Part shown: positions 15,416-29,155 of the stretch, piece by piece
Position numbering within the stretch: the first letter of the stretch is position 1
How the letters are laid out: each line of letters starts with the position of its first letter
Assembly: GCF_000150275.1 (NCBI RefSeq)
Contig: NW_002060967.1
Location: 310,001-374,000 of the forward strand
DNA length: 64,000 nucleotides
Direction of reading: 5' to 3'
From: Trichoplax adhaerens
Lineage: Eukaryota > Animalia > Placozoa
Position numbers and translations under genes: made by a program
The notes under the pieces: model-generated
Databases searched by the model: none
Told to the model about the DNA's origin: nothing
Seen by the model: the letters and a program-made list of their open reading frames with translations, nothing else

Positions 15416-18400
15416 ATGGCAAGCCTTATTAAGTCTCAAATTATCAAGAATTTGGCCAGGTAGGTGGGAAAATGGCAGGAAATATTCCTCTTCAAATGGA
15501 TGATGTCAAGCTTTTCTTCACAATCTGAGGCGTTGTCGGAGGCAGAGTAGACCTCCAACAACATGGACAACATTGGCTCATCTATCTCTTTTTGCATGCT
15601 AATGGGTCATGATTAGTCATGACCAGTTGAATTCTGGCCATTTCTAGACGTTGGTATTGGATATTAAAAGATTGTTGTTAGTTTGTCATGCTAGATGAAG
15701 GGATAATGTTGGCAATAGAGTGGCTGCCAATGTCATCAATCGTTGCAAATGTTGACTATGCAATTCGTACACATACACATACTGTAGAGTTCACTTTTCA
15801 AAGCTTGTCTATCCATTTTTGCCACATTACTTGCTTATTCAATATGCATGGCCATGCTTTGGAGATAGCCTTCAAAAAATAAGCTAATTTCCTCGTAGTT
15901 GAATGAGTGGAAAGAATTTGAAATTTGCAAATACTCTCTTGAGGGGGAAATTAGGATCACAACTAGCTATTGTTTTTACTGTTAATTACAGAGCGCCTGT
16001 CGAGCCATGCCTTATTTTGATTGTGCTACCCCGAATACTTGGACTGTTTTGACATTTTACTGAACCAATTTGAACCCAATTCCGACAACTTTCTTGGCAG
16101 TATTCGATTATACATGTTGTCCATTTCTATGCGCGATCAGATTGTGGAGAAGACTATGACTACAATACACGTAGTGTGGCTCGTTTCCAGTTGGCCATGT
16201 TTCATCATGTTCATGTCATCATTTCTTCTATTCCATCGTTGAAAAATGAATATCTATCCATTTCATGTCTATTGTAGGTATACCAAGAATCTCTCCGCTG
16301 ACAATGTCAATCTCAGCTTATTTAAAGGTGAAGGCGAATTCTTAAATCTACAGCTGGATGAAAATGTCCTCCATTCAGTCCTACATATGCCTCAATGGCT
16401 GCGCATCGAGAAAGTAACTTGCAATCGAGTATCATGGAAGGTTATTACAACCCTTTTTTGGGGGAAAATCTACACTGTCATTTAAATTCTAATTACATCA
16501 TGTCTCAAGAAGAATCAGTAGAATACAATCGAGTACTCGTCACTCTTTCATGCCAATACGATAGATTATTCCTTTCTAAATAACTCTATGCCCAGCTTAT
16601 TCCAAATAGAATTTTACTTTTAATCCTTGCGTCTTGTTTCCTTACCGGAGATCAATGAGTTAATCATGATAGAATGGAATCAGTTACTCGCTACTCTTTC
16701 ACAACAAGACGCTAGATTATTCCTTTCTATGCTGAATGACTTTATACCCAAATCATTCCAAATGTCATTTTACTTTTATTTTTGATTAGTAATATTTCCT
16801 TACTTGAGATCAATTAGTTGATAATACAGTCGATTACTCGCTACCCTTGATGACAGTACGATCAATTACTTTCGATACAACTTTATGCCTAGCTCGTTCC
16901 AAATGTAATTTTACTCTCAGTCTTTGTATGATCGTATTTCCCTACTTGAGATTAATGTCAATTAGTTGACAACGTAATTCTCTTTCACGGCAATACAATA
17001 GATTATTCCTTTCTATGTAATGCATCATTTTACAATTAGAAGACCATTCTATCTGTTGACTTACCGTCGATTGGATTGCATAGTCTATTCTAGTTCACCT
17101 CAACAGGATACTAACCTTTTCCAACTCGAACTTGACCGTTTCTTATAGAGTATATCATTTGTTATTGTAGTTTATAACTTGAATTTTATCCATAAACTGT
17201 GTCATTATATCAATCTTCTTCTCAATCTAATTGTAGATACCTTGGACCAAGCTTAAAACTGAAGCTATTGCCATTGTAAGTAAATGTTGCTGTACAATTA
17301 GATTATACACTTTCGAGCAATTGACATTACGATCGAGCAATGGAATGGCAACTATATTCAATGCACACAGCAAAGGATGTTCCTACTTGAAGCGAATAGT
17401 AATATCATTGACTTATTTATTAATAACATTAGCATCGCTTCCCTTTTCACTTTTTATTTTGTGCAAGCACCATACGTACTCATACTGCATGCGAATATCA
17501 ATCAGCGTGATAGCGAGAGTTTAAAAAGACACCCGTTGAGGCTATCGAATTATGTGCTTAGGTCATGTTTTGATCAAATAGTTCTCTCATACATGTAGAA
17601 GAAAGTTGTAAAATCGAGTATTATTTTAAAAGGAAAGTATGCAAAGGTAGTGCTATCCATTCTCCGTTTCTCAGAAATCAATCACTTCATTATTTATGCA
17701 TCTAGTTTTGTTCTTGCTTACTCTACCATAATAACCATGACTGACAACGAAAAAGATTTACTATATGAGTTGCTATTCCCCTATGGCGCTTTCTTTATGA
17801 TAACGTTCGAATTGAATAGTTTAGTAATACAGAATTATTGGCATAATCAACCACTTTGCTCTAATAACTCATCTAGTAAACGACCATGAGCTAGGTACTA
17901 GTCAATAGTGCTGCCTTTACTGTCTCTTCAAATTATTCGTTATTGTTGTGATTATAATGATCATTTTTTCTGACATTTTAGCTTTTACCCCCTACTAGCT
18001 ATGGACGAGTGTGAACTGTTCTTATTTGTAACTAATTTATACTCTCTAGTCTCGATTAACCTTAATAAATAGATCGAGGTACAACAGCAGTGTCTATCTT
18101 AGTATCATTTCAAATCATACTATATATTGTTACACAGTAGATTACCCTCTGGGCTGATGGTGTGAATTTCCAGTAGTCCATGACATCATAGAATTGGCTA
18201 TACTTCAATTAATTATAGTACTGATTTTAGCAATCCGACGATGATCATAATGATGGCTTAACACATTAACAGCTTATACACACATTTTTCCTTTCAACAA
18301 GGAATAATATTCATGATGGCAAAGCTTTACGTATTTCATCAAGTCATATTAATAATCGTAGCAAAGTCTGATTTATTTCAACATGGAATAGTATTCATGA

Positions 18401-21400
18401 TGGCAGCAAAGCTTTACGTATTTCATCAAGTCATGTTAATAATCGTAGCAAAGTCTACTTTATTTCACCACGTAATATTAGTGATCGTAGCAATATCTAT
18501 GCTTATTTCACCACGTAATAGGAGTATTTGTAGTAATATCCATTTCGCATTTTCATCAAATAATATTAAATTATTCGTAACAGAATCTACCTTGTTTCAC
18601 ATTTTTACTCAATAATATTGAATTGATCATAGAAAAGTCCAATAGTAAGTCAAGTGACTTCAATATTTCCACCTAAAGTCCTTAGATATCGTGACCACTA
18701 TTTAATCCTACCGAACGGAATCATATGTTAACGATATGCATACTTTACTTGCTTATTATTTGTTGATTGATTGATTGATTTTATTTATTTTGTGACAGTG
18801 GTATGATATTAATTTGCATATTTCTTCAGTTCCTGAATTGGTATTGGGTATATACGAGGCTAACAATGATATTTTCTAAGCAGCCAAAGACGCCCATCTA
18901 ATAGGCCTTGACTAGTTTCATCCTGAAGAAGTGATAACCTAGGTTTTAATATTCAGATCTGACTCTGTTAATTGTTCATGCGATACATGCATGTAAGTCA
19001 AATTATAAATTAGTACAACTCGGAAAGATATTGAGAGATGATTTTTAAGTTTAAACACACATGAGTGAGGGAGTTTGGTTATGCAAATTGATTTTGCTTA
19101 TAAATAGATACATTCCTCAGATGTAATTACACTTCCAACCACCCTTCCTCGTGAACGATCAAGAATAGATAGATAGACAGATAAGAGATGGAGTAAGAAA
19201 TGAAGTTGTCGGTATCAAAATCGACGTAGTTAGTTGCCTTCCCTTTCTGACACCAACACTAAAATCTCATTTTAATACCGATACGTATATCGTGCAGCTA
19301 TACAATATTTAACAATATTTGTTTTGCTGTATTTGTTGACAACGATCATATGATAGACAGTAAGACCAGAGTAATCACTTCTTCAAATTTGATCGATCGG
19401 GAAGATTTGTGCCCCTTGCTTGGCCGTTACTGCGTAGAAATAACATTTTATTTGTGGCCTAAATTCACCTGTGCATCAAGTTTTGCAAAATTTTATCCTC
19501 ATCTAGTACTTGCAACCAGGCCTTTGAAATTAAAATTATATATTAGTGCAGGTAGTTGGAGATTATAGTGATGCTGTACCTTAGCAAAATGGGCACTGCC
19601 AATGATGATCAATTAGTAATGTTCACACTCTCACTATACAATCACAAGTATGGTAAAATATTTCGAGAGCATTTTATCTAGATCGCTCCATTGCTTAATG
19701 TATCATTACACGATTCACACCTATCACTTTAGTATTGGTGACAGACCCGTAGATAGAGAGAAAGGTGCTTAAATTCTCACTGTATAAAATGGTGAATAAA
19801 TCCACAGTAGACAAGCTAGATATATAAAATTGTTCTCTTTAACTGTTTTCATAATTAAAACATAGAAATTTGATGCAATCTACGTGGAAATCAGTGCTAT
19901 TGGACCAAATGATAAACCAAATAGTAGTGTCCAGTTAGCCAATACGTCTACCTCCAGCGGATCAAAATCGTTAGTAACTTTGAGTGTGTAATAAAATAAA
20001 TAACGGGTACACAATTGAAGCACGATTGTTGGATATTAAACTCATTTTATTTAATGCTCCATTGTTACAGAACATCAACGAAATATGGCTTTATCGACAA
20101 AGTTATCGATAGTATATGTTTTAGTATCAATTCTGTCGACATTAAATTTGGATCACCTGGATTTCAAGCACTTTTACATGCCTCAAGAATTCAATTAAGG
20201 AGTACCAATCCATTGTGGCAGGTTGCCGATCTAAGATCAACACGGATTGTACATGATAAGAGCGATCAAGTAATATTTTTTAAGGAAGTTTTGCTATCTG
20301 CTATAAAGCTAGAAGCATCGGTTACTGCTGGCTGTGAAGATAAACCTACTCCATTACGATTAATTACCAGCCATTCTAGTCTGAAGATTACTGTGAAAAA
20401 GAGAATAAGCGATTCTGGAATTATTTGTGGTAAATTAGAACTTGTTCTTGATGATATATTGTGGGTTTTGAGTGAGAAACAATTGAAAGCTTCTGTCGCC
20501 TTTGTTAAATCTGTTGTGGATATTATGCGCCAATCTCATGAACACACTAGAAATACTACGAAAGATGATAAGCAAACTACTGGGTCTACAAATTCTGAAA
20601 AGAATCCCATGAAATACGATCTGGAAACCCCATACGCCCAAAGCCCTGTCAATATGAGCGATAAACCGATCGATCGGCTATTTTGGCGTTATAATGTTTT
20701 AGAGACATCGTTTCATATTGTCACTTCCAGGATAGACTTTCACTTTTGTGGAGGTTTACAAAGGTACTTTAATTGTAAGATTTTATTAACTGCTTAAAAT
20801 CTTCTAACAAGATCGACTATTGACATGCTTATAACCTTGGTATACGTGGATCTATAATTCTTTAATAATGCTTATTTTAGTAGGAGAGATAGTAGCACGA
20901 TGCAGGTATTACTTGATAGATTATCATTGGATTACTATCCTGAACATATCGCTGGAGCAACAAGGCAACATTGGCAAAAACATGATAATATAAGTTTGTC
21001 GCGAAGTACATGGAGTCATCAGCTACTAACATCATTTTTTGACAATAACCCTCATCTTAATGGATACAAAAAATTTTTATTCGAGGGTGCTTTGCTCATG
21101 AGGTAAATATCGATTATTGTTGTCTACAGTTTATTTTCGATCACTTGCATAAATTATAGAAATAATACTATGCAACAGATTGATCTCTATCTTAGAAAAC
21201 ATATATGTTGGAGACATTGACGTCTATTGATGCCTTTAGAAGAGTTTAACATCTATAATTGGCTAAATGTAGGTTGCAAGATATAACCATTAGCCAGCTT
21301 AGGAGCTTTACTGACGATAATGATGGCGATGGTAAAGATAAGATAAAACCTCTGTTATCTTCGGAAAGAACTTTGAAGATATATCCTGCATTGAGCATTG

Positions 21401-24342
21401 ATCACACATTTTACTTCTATAACTACATGAGCATCCAGGAGAAAATGAAATCTAGTTAGTATTAGCTGGAAATCGAAACAGAAATTAAAAAGAATTTTTG
21501 AATATAAGACTAGCTTTAAAGTAACCATATACTACAGTTCTGATTTTGGTGCAATAATTACGTCGTCTAATGCAGTTTCAATGCCTTTAAAATATTTTTG
21601 TACTAGAATTAGAGCTACCGAATTCAAATTTATTCGTTTCTACCACCAATATACAATGCACTATCGTGGATACCACTATTTTATGGGCCAATGCTTTCGT
21701 AACTAATGTCTTCTCTAGTTGGGTAATTATCTTGCCCTCTCTCTTTCTGTAACACTATTATATGCTTATTCTTGATAAGTTTATAGTGTAATATTGGGAT
21801 TCAATAAATCTTTATAAATATATCTACATACTTGACTAGGAATCAACGAAACTTTCGAAGCAACAAGAGAAAAAAGATGAAAGTATGGATATAAAGATTG
21901 ACATGAAGACGACGACGGTATGTGAGATTAGTAACCATTCTTCTTTACTCAGCTGATATCTCTCAAATGGAAATCTTACTCAATTTTCTATCTTAACTGT
22001 TATCTATTACTTGCACTTTATCGTTAACAACAAGTACTCATATTTCATCTAAATTTTAGCTAACGATAGACTTGCCGATCAAGGAGAAATTAAAACTTGC
22101 TGAATTGCATAATGTTCCTAGTGCTCTTAGAGTCCGAGTATCGCAAATCAATATAACAAACTCTATCTTCAACAGGATTGCTCATGATACGTACAAGCTA
22201 TCAAAATTTTATTTGTCTAAAAAGTTCTTTAAAGGTACTTCGTTCCCTAACAAAACAGAGGATTTACGATTGATACCTGACGTACTTAGTTATAAAGATA
22301 GTACGTCTGATACAGAACTGGAATGGATTTACAACGCAAAATGCCCATCATGGCAGGTTGACTGTAAGCGAGTTAGTATTGATTTCGTATTAGATGATGA
22401 GTTATCGACCTTTATGGAACCTATGCCTATTTCGCTATGGATTTATTCGTACAAGGAATTAAATAAAGATGATCAAGTATTGGAAAGCTCTGGGAACAGT
22501 CAAGAGCTTGTGACTAACCCTGACTTAAGTATTTTGGTTGATATGAAAAATAAATTAAATATTGTCTTGAACCACATGGAATACTTATTTATTCTACGGT
22601 TGCAGGCATCACTCATGCAACTTAATAGAGATCTTGGATCAAGTCCAGATACGTCATCTCAGAAGACAGGTTTAAAGCTTTCCTTCGCTTTACTTATTAG
22701 CGAGCTAGAACTTGGGCTACTTTTACCACGGTCTCCTTATAGCGATTCTTGTGAATTATGCTTAAATGATGATCAAAATACAGATGATAATACCGGTGAA
22801 ATTAATAATTTATCTGATTCGCAAAACTTTGATGATATTAATGAAGAATTTAATCTTTTGGATGATTCTAATGAAGACGTGGTTATTGAAGACGATATCG
22901 ATCAAGGTAAAGACGCTATTACCGAATATATAAGTAATTCACCTACAATTCAAAGTAACAAAATACTTGGTAAGCCCAAAACTCATCCGTCAACAACAAG
23001 TCTTTCTGACGTTTTAGCTAAGACTTCAAAAAAAGTTTCGGAAAGATTAGATACTCGTGCAAAGAAGAATATACCCGCTGAGACAAATACCTCTACGTCA
23101 GGACTGTTAGCATCCACTCTGAGCAATATTGGATTGCTTTCCAGTGCCATTGGGGTAACTACTGTTGCTGCAGCTATTGCGGAATTAGATATCAAGCCTG
23201 TAACTGCTTTAATTGACATCCGTAATACCGAAGAAATAAATGAATATATATCTGATGACGAAGACAGCAGTTGTCATAATCAGGCAATGGATGACATAAA
23301 TTCGGTTGAATATGATAAAGTTGATTACAGTGATGTCCAACTTACTAGTGAACAACTAGAAAGATTGCGAAATGTGAATTTATTTTACGGATCGCCTGAT
23401 GATACCCATACAGAAGTCTGTATTGTTATGATAAAATTGCAGCAGCTTGATTTAGGCATTCAAATTTTGGGTTCAGAAATGATAATGAAAGTTACTTCCA
23501 GGTACGGAACAGTTCGAGAAATGGGCAACGTTGATCTTGCTCATTTTGTCGGTCGTAAAGCTCGAGTAATCACTCCTCCATTAAAGCACAGTCAGCATTT
23601 GTTCGATTCCCAGGTTAGGGGTCGTATCACTCTTTCGAATGGTAGTATCTTTGCTCATATGAAGTTGAATGGTATTTACGGAAATCTTATGGCCACGAAT
23701 TTAACAAATATGAATCGATTTTTCTTAGACGACACTGTTGATACAGTAAAGCCGGGGATGGCATTTATTTTTGAGATATACCATTCGTTAATTAGTATTT
23801 TGAATGATAACTCTGATTTAGTCAGCCTTGGCTTGAACATTTTGCCTGTTCAAATGTTAATTCGTGAGACTGCAATGTATAGATCGAGTAGCATTTTTGA
23901 GGAAGATATTAAGCAAATTGTTGATAACAGAGACTTTGAAGAAATCCAACGGACTACACAAGCTAGTAGCAGTGACGACGATCAGCACGATGAAATTGAT
24001 TATACTAGTGAAATAAGAGATTTAGTCTATTCCGATGCTCCGTTGAGTGAATCAAAGGATACATTACCAAAGCGAATAGGAAGAACGTTAGGTGATCCTT
24101 ATGCCGACGCTCCACTATCGCGATCGGGGGAAAATTCAATTATAAAATCTCCTCTCGATCGATTAAAAGAAGACAACGAACGCCTCTTTCATTTACTAAA
24201 GGTAACACAAAGTGCACTCAAAGCAAAGCGAGATGAACAGCTTGCCTTAGTCAAGACCGTTCATCATTTAGAGGATGAGTTATTATCCTCCTATCATGAG
24301 CAAAATAAATTGCTGCGCCTCGCCTCTAGTATTTCACATTAG
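15416..24342 (+). CDS. BLTP3: Bridge-like lipid transfer protein 3 (UHRF1BP1/UHRF1BP1L-like; chorein-N/VPS13-like N-terminus, C-terminal coiled coil)
   Basis: Exons 15416-15459, 16278-16440, 17237-17275, 19866-19969, 20071-20763, 20881-21102, 21273-21454, ~21613-21722, 21840-21917, 22060-24342. The spliced N-terminus MASLIKSQIIKNLARYTKNLSADNVNLSLFKGEGEFLNLQLDE...IPWTKLKT matches the UHRF1BP1 family; YGFIDKVID, STNPLWQ and LDDILWVL motifs are also present. Confidence 0.92.
16515..17020. repeat. Degenerate ~150-bp tandem repeat (3-4 copies) in BLTP3 intron 2
   Basis: Recurring tactcg..actctttca...tagattattcctttcta...ttccaaat...ttttact...gagatcaat. Confidence 0.75.
18290..18620. repeat. Degenerate ~40/80-bp minisatellite in BLTP3 intron 3
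   Basis: gcaaagctttacgtatttcatcaagtcat.ttaataatcgtagcaaagtct is repeated; the 18313 ORF is its translation. Confidence 0.8.
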
Positions 24343-25834
24343 ATGCTAATTTGACTTTTGCTTGTAAAGTAGATCAATCGATACATCTGTAATGAATTGT
24401 CAACAATTTTATAGATATTGTCAGTCGATCTGTCTATCTTTTATGTTATGACGATATACGACAATTTTGATAATTGCAGTCCTAAAGGAAGGGAAGATTT
24501 TGCGTGTCACTTAGCTTGTTTGGCATCTGGCTAGACGGATTATACTCGTCGATATTAAAATGCGCGCATAATATTGTGTATGTGCTTGTAGGCATATTGG
24601 AGTTAAATAATTCTAATTTGAGATCATACGTGTATGATCCATTTTAATAGAGAAAGATCGATGTCAATTTATAAGTATTTCAATTATTTACATCCCAATG
24701 AATAGATATAATATGCTGTATCCCATTTCTTTCTTATGCGGTACACTTGGTCGTAATACTCAATGCTAGTTTTCTACTTTGAAATTGAGCTATCAACTAT
24801 GAATTCCATCATTATAGTTACTATAGCTAAAAACAAAGCTAACCATAGAGCTCACTATAAAATTTGTACTGCTATCGACAAGGGCTTATTATTGTTATTA
24901 TTTATATATTTATTCTATTTTGAAGTTGCGTTATACAGCATGCCAATAGTACTATATCTCTATTCTTTATCAATTGCGATGGCTTCGAATTTGATTGCTG
25001 TACGTGATTAACAAAGTATTGGATCATTTTGAAAGGGGAAAAATATTTTATCATTTATACAGAAGAAGATATAGAGTATTCAATTTAATATCAGCTGCTC
25101 TATTTTATTATTAACGTGTGTTCGGCTCGATTCTATTGCGCTCTACGTACAGTTATAATAACACTATTTCAAAGCGAATACGTCTAGCGAAATGAATTGC
25201 TACTTGAGATCGTTTGTACGTATCTCAGCATTTTTTATAGTACGACGTTCTACTGTCTTGATTAAGCTTAAGCTTTTAGCATGAATTCTTTTATTAACAG
25301 CAGTATTCATTTATGATGTGCTAACAAATAAATTACGATGGTATTGATGAATTTTTTCTGTTGTCGATTGTCTAAGTTGATGAAATGACGAAATTATTGT
25401 GCACTTGTACAGTCCAATTGTTATTGGAATTAGGCTGAGGTTAAAATTAGCAAGGTATTGTGAAAATTGGATGTTGTATTTAAGATTTTGTATGATTTAT
25501 TAATACGCCTAATAGGTTTATATAGCGAATAGTTTGTAGAAGGGAACGCATTCTGACATCGGATATTTCCCACCGCAATGAAATTTAGACTGCATTCCCG
25601 TTTTACGACGAGTATGACGAAGCTAGTTGTGTTCAATTGCAGTCTCTTGGAATAGTATTACATTAGTATCGACGCATACAGCGTTTATGGCCCATCTAAA
25701 ATGTTGCAAAGAAACTCTTTCCACGTAGTAACGGCAATTTGTTCGGTCTTTTAACTGTATACGGCTTATAATGATGCTAGCATTTTGGAGTCTAGATAGT
25801 ACAGTACAATAGAATTCTACATAAAGTATGACCA

Positions 25835-27450
25835 CTGTGATATTCTACGAGTTGAAGATACTGGCCGTTTCGATTTTGAGGTTATCGATATACACAAAGT
25901 ACAGTATGATGAGTTAGTCAAGTGCGTAAAATAAGTATCCCCTCCAGGAATACTGGCCGATTAACTTTTAACCTAATTATAGTCTCTTTAAAAGTCTAAA
26001 TAGTGCATATTAGGACTGTACCCAGGTTTACTGCATATAGTTATGCAGTAAATTATATATGTAGGCCAAGTAGCATTAGTCGTATTTTAGGTGTAGCCGT
26101 TCAACTCTCTTTATACATTTAATATCATGTAGAGTACAAACTGTGCCAATATGCAAAGTATCACCGGTGGGATATTCTACTCATCGGAATACCAGCCGTT
26201 GGACTTTTGAAGTAGATATAATATGTTATCAAAGTACTTATTTAGGAACTGAAATACAGCGGGAAATCCTACTTCTAGGTGTAGTCATTCAATTTTTCTG
26301 AATAGCAGCATGGACTACTAGATACTATACTGTATGGTATAGTATCTAGAAGTCCATGATAGCAGTCATTCAATATCATGTGGAGTCTAAACAGTGCCTG
26401 TCCGCAAAATATCATCGGTGAGATATTCTACTTACCGCAATACTAGCCGTTGAACTTTTAAGTAGACATAATAATACGCATAATCGTCTATTTAGGAATT
26501 GAAATACAGTGGGAAATTCTTCGTATAGGCGTAGCCATTCGACTCTTGTGTATACTAGTCATTCATAATTCATTCATTCAATATAATGTGGAGTCCAAAT
26601 AGTGCCTGCACTCAAAGTATCACCAGTGGGATATTTTACTCATCGTAATACTAGTCGTTGGACTGTTAAGAGGACATAATAACACGCGTACTAGTCTATT
26701 TCGAAATTGAAATACTGTACAGTGGGAAATTCTTCGTATAGGTGTAGCCATTCGATTCTTGTGTATACTAGTCATTCATAATTCATTCAATATAATGTGG
26801 AGTCCAAATAGTGCCTGTACTCAAAGTATCACCAGTGGGATATTTTACTCATCGTAATACTAGTCGTTGGACTGTTGAGTAGACATAATAACACGCGTAC
26901 TAGTCTATTTCGAAATTGAAATACAGTGGGCAATTTTACGTATACTAATCGTTGGACTTTTAAGTAGATATAATAACACGCGTAATAGTCTATTTAGGAA
27001 TTGATATTAGTACAATTCCGCAAAGAAAGACGAATGGGAAATTCTACCTGTAGATGTAACCGTTCGACTCTTCTGTACAGTAGTCATTAATAATTCAATA
27101 TGATTTGGACTTTTTAAGTAGATGTACCGTATCATAACACGCGTAATAGTCTATTTAGGAATTGATGATATTCATGCATTTCCGCAAAGTAAGACAAGTA
27201 GAAGATTCTATGTGTAGGTTTAGCTGTTTGACCCTTTTGTATAGTAGTTATTAATAATATGAAGTCCAAACAGTGCCTCTACGCAAAGCATCATCCGTTG
27301 GATATTCTACCCCTGGGAATACTAGCCGTTGGACTTTCAATTCGATATCATAATAGGCGTCAAAGTTTATTTAGGAATTGAAACAGTCCATTTCCGCAAA
27401 GTAAGACGAGTGGGAAATTGTACTGTACTTGTTGTCGTTGGACTCTTGCG
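25835..27450. repeat. Degenerate tandem array, ~190-250 bp units, about 6-7 copies
   Basis: Recurring gtgggatattctactcat..aatactagccgttggacttt..agtagacataataacacgcgt..tagtctatttaggaattgaaatacagtgggaaatt. Confidence 0.85.
26309..26358. mobile_element. 50-bp hairpin (MITE-like or internally deleted DNA transposon) with 7-bp target-site duplication
   Basis: 22-bp inverted arms catggactactagatactatac / gtatagtatctagaagtccatg (1 mismatch) around a 6-nt loop; atagcag on both sides (26302-26308, 26359-26365); neighbouring satellite units lack it. Confidence 0.75.
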
Positions 27451-28099
27451 TCTAATAATGAATAATCTACACGTACTGGTCTCATCTTAATTCATAGTAA
27501 GTGATGGAGGAGTCTCCATAGTACCTACTCGTCTACGCAAAGTAACACGAGTGCAGTCATCATCCTCTTCCAATCTAGCATCATTTTCTACTTCAAGTGT
27601 TTGTGTAATTGTGTCAACGGCAAACTAAGTCCATTATCGCCGAGTCATCTAACCCTCCATCTGCAAAAGTACTCCATTGAGGATCGAGTAAGCTATTAGC
27701 GAAATAGGACGAGTGGGATCTATTGCAGTTCCTCTGAGTGAGTGTTGATCAATGGCTGGGTGACCTATTGTTCTGGCAATCAAGTTCACAAGTTTGACCT
27801 AATGGAGGCGCTGAGAGGTTTACCCTATCGTTTACCTCTTGGAATTTGACCTGGAAATGCAATACTGGCCCCCAAGTGTCTGAGTGCATCCTATAGACTT
27901 GTGGCCTGCATTCGTCAGCGATCATCTAGTAGGGTTTCCATTCATCAATAATCATTTTCTCTCTACCCACTATTTGTGGTCTCCATTTTTTTTTTTCCCT
28001 TGTCCCTGCTCCCTTTGACTCCACTGTGCAGCGCGTCATTTTACGATCAAGCGACGGCACATGGTAGAGTGAAGGTTGTATGAGAGGGTGATGTGTAAT

Positions 28100-29155
28100 G
28101 CCGACTGAATGCCCATACAGTACTGTACTGTACACTGTACAGTCCTAATCACTGTACTGTATTGTACTGTACTGTACTGTACTGTACTGTACTGTACGAT
28201 GTGCTTATTATTAATGAATTAATCATGAATGAATTCTTCCGATATTAACTATACTGTACAGTGTACTGTGTCCAGTATGTTGATAGATAAAGAACACTAT
28301 TAAAGCCTTAATTAATTAAAATCCTGTTTTTCCATACCTGAAAACAATCAACACATTGTACTGTACTAAGCAGTCTACATTATACAACAGCGACTACGAA
28401 AGGGAGATTTTCCCTTTTAGTAGTCCTTGTTCCACATTCACTGTACAGTACAGTACAATGGGTTTTTTTTCCAGGTCACACGAAACCAGAGTGTCACACT
28501 GTACTGTGGGTCACTGCGTTGTAGCGTCAATGAGTGTACAGCGAGACTAGTCACACTACAACTGTAGTGACTACTGTACAGTACACTCACTCTCACTCTT
28601 GTCATACTGTACAGTACTGGACTGTGTGCAGTACTGCAGTCTGCAGTGGCACTGCTGACGATACGATGTCATGCCATCCAATGTCCTACCGTCCATGGCT
28701 GCACGTACTCACACAGTACTGTGGGTCACTGCGTTGTAGTGTCACTGAGTGTACAGTGACACTACAACTGTAGTGACTACTGTACAGTACAGTACAGTAC
28801 TGTACACACAGGACGTACAGTACAGTACTTTACACTCACTCTCCCTCTTGTCGTACTGTACGGGACTGTGTGCACTGTGCAGTAGCACTGCCGACGATAC
28901 CATGTCATGCCATCCAATGTCCTACCGTCCATGGCTGTACGTACTCACACAGTACTGTGGGTCACTGCGTTGTAGTGACTACTGTACAGTACAGTACAGT
29001 ACTGTACACACAGGACGTACTGTACTTTACACTCACTCTCCCTCTTGTCGTACTGTACGGGACTGTGTGCACTGTGCAGTGAGTGTGCAGTAGCACTGCC
29101 GACGATACCATGTCATGCCATCCAATGTCCTACCGTCCATGGCTGCACGTACTCG
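28100..29155. repeat. (CTGTA)n/ACTGTACAGT-rich low-complexity block with ~210-240 bp triplication
   Basis: (ctgta)n at ~28150-28197; gcactg..gacgatac..tgtcatgccatccaatgtcctaccgtccatggctg..cgtactc at ~28649, 28886 and 29093. Confidence 0.9.

Noticed and set aside
28356-29093. Cys/Thr/Val-rich ORFs suggestive of metal-binding peptides
   Set aside because: Produced by CTGTA/TACAG low-complexity repeats open in several frames.
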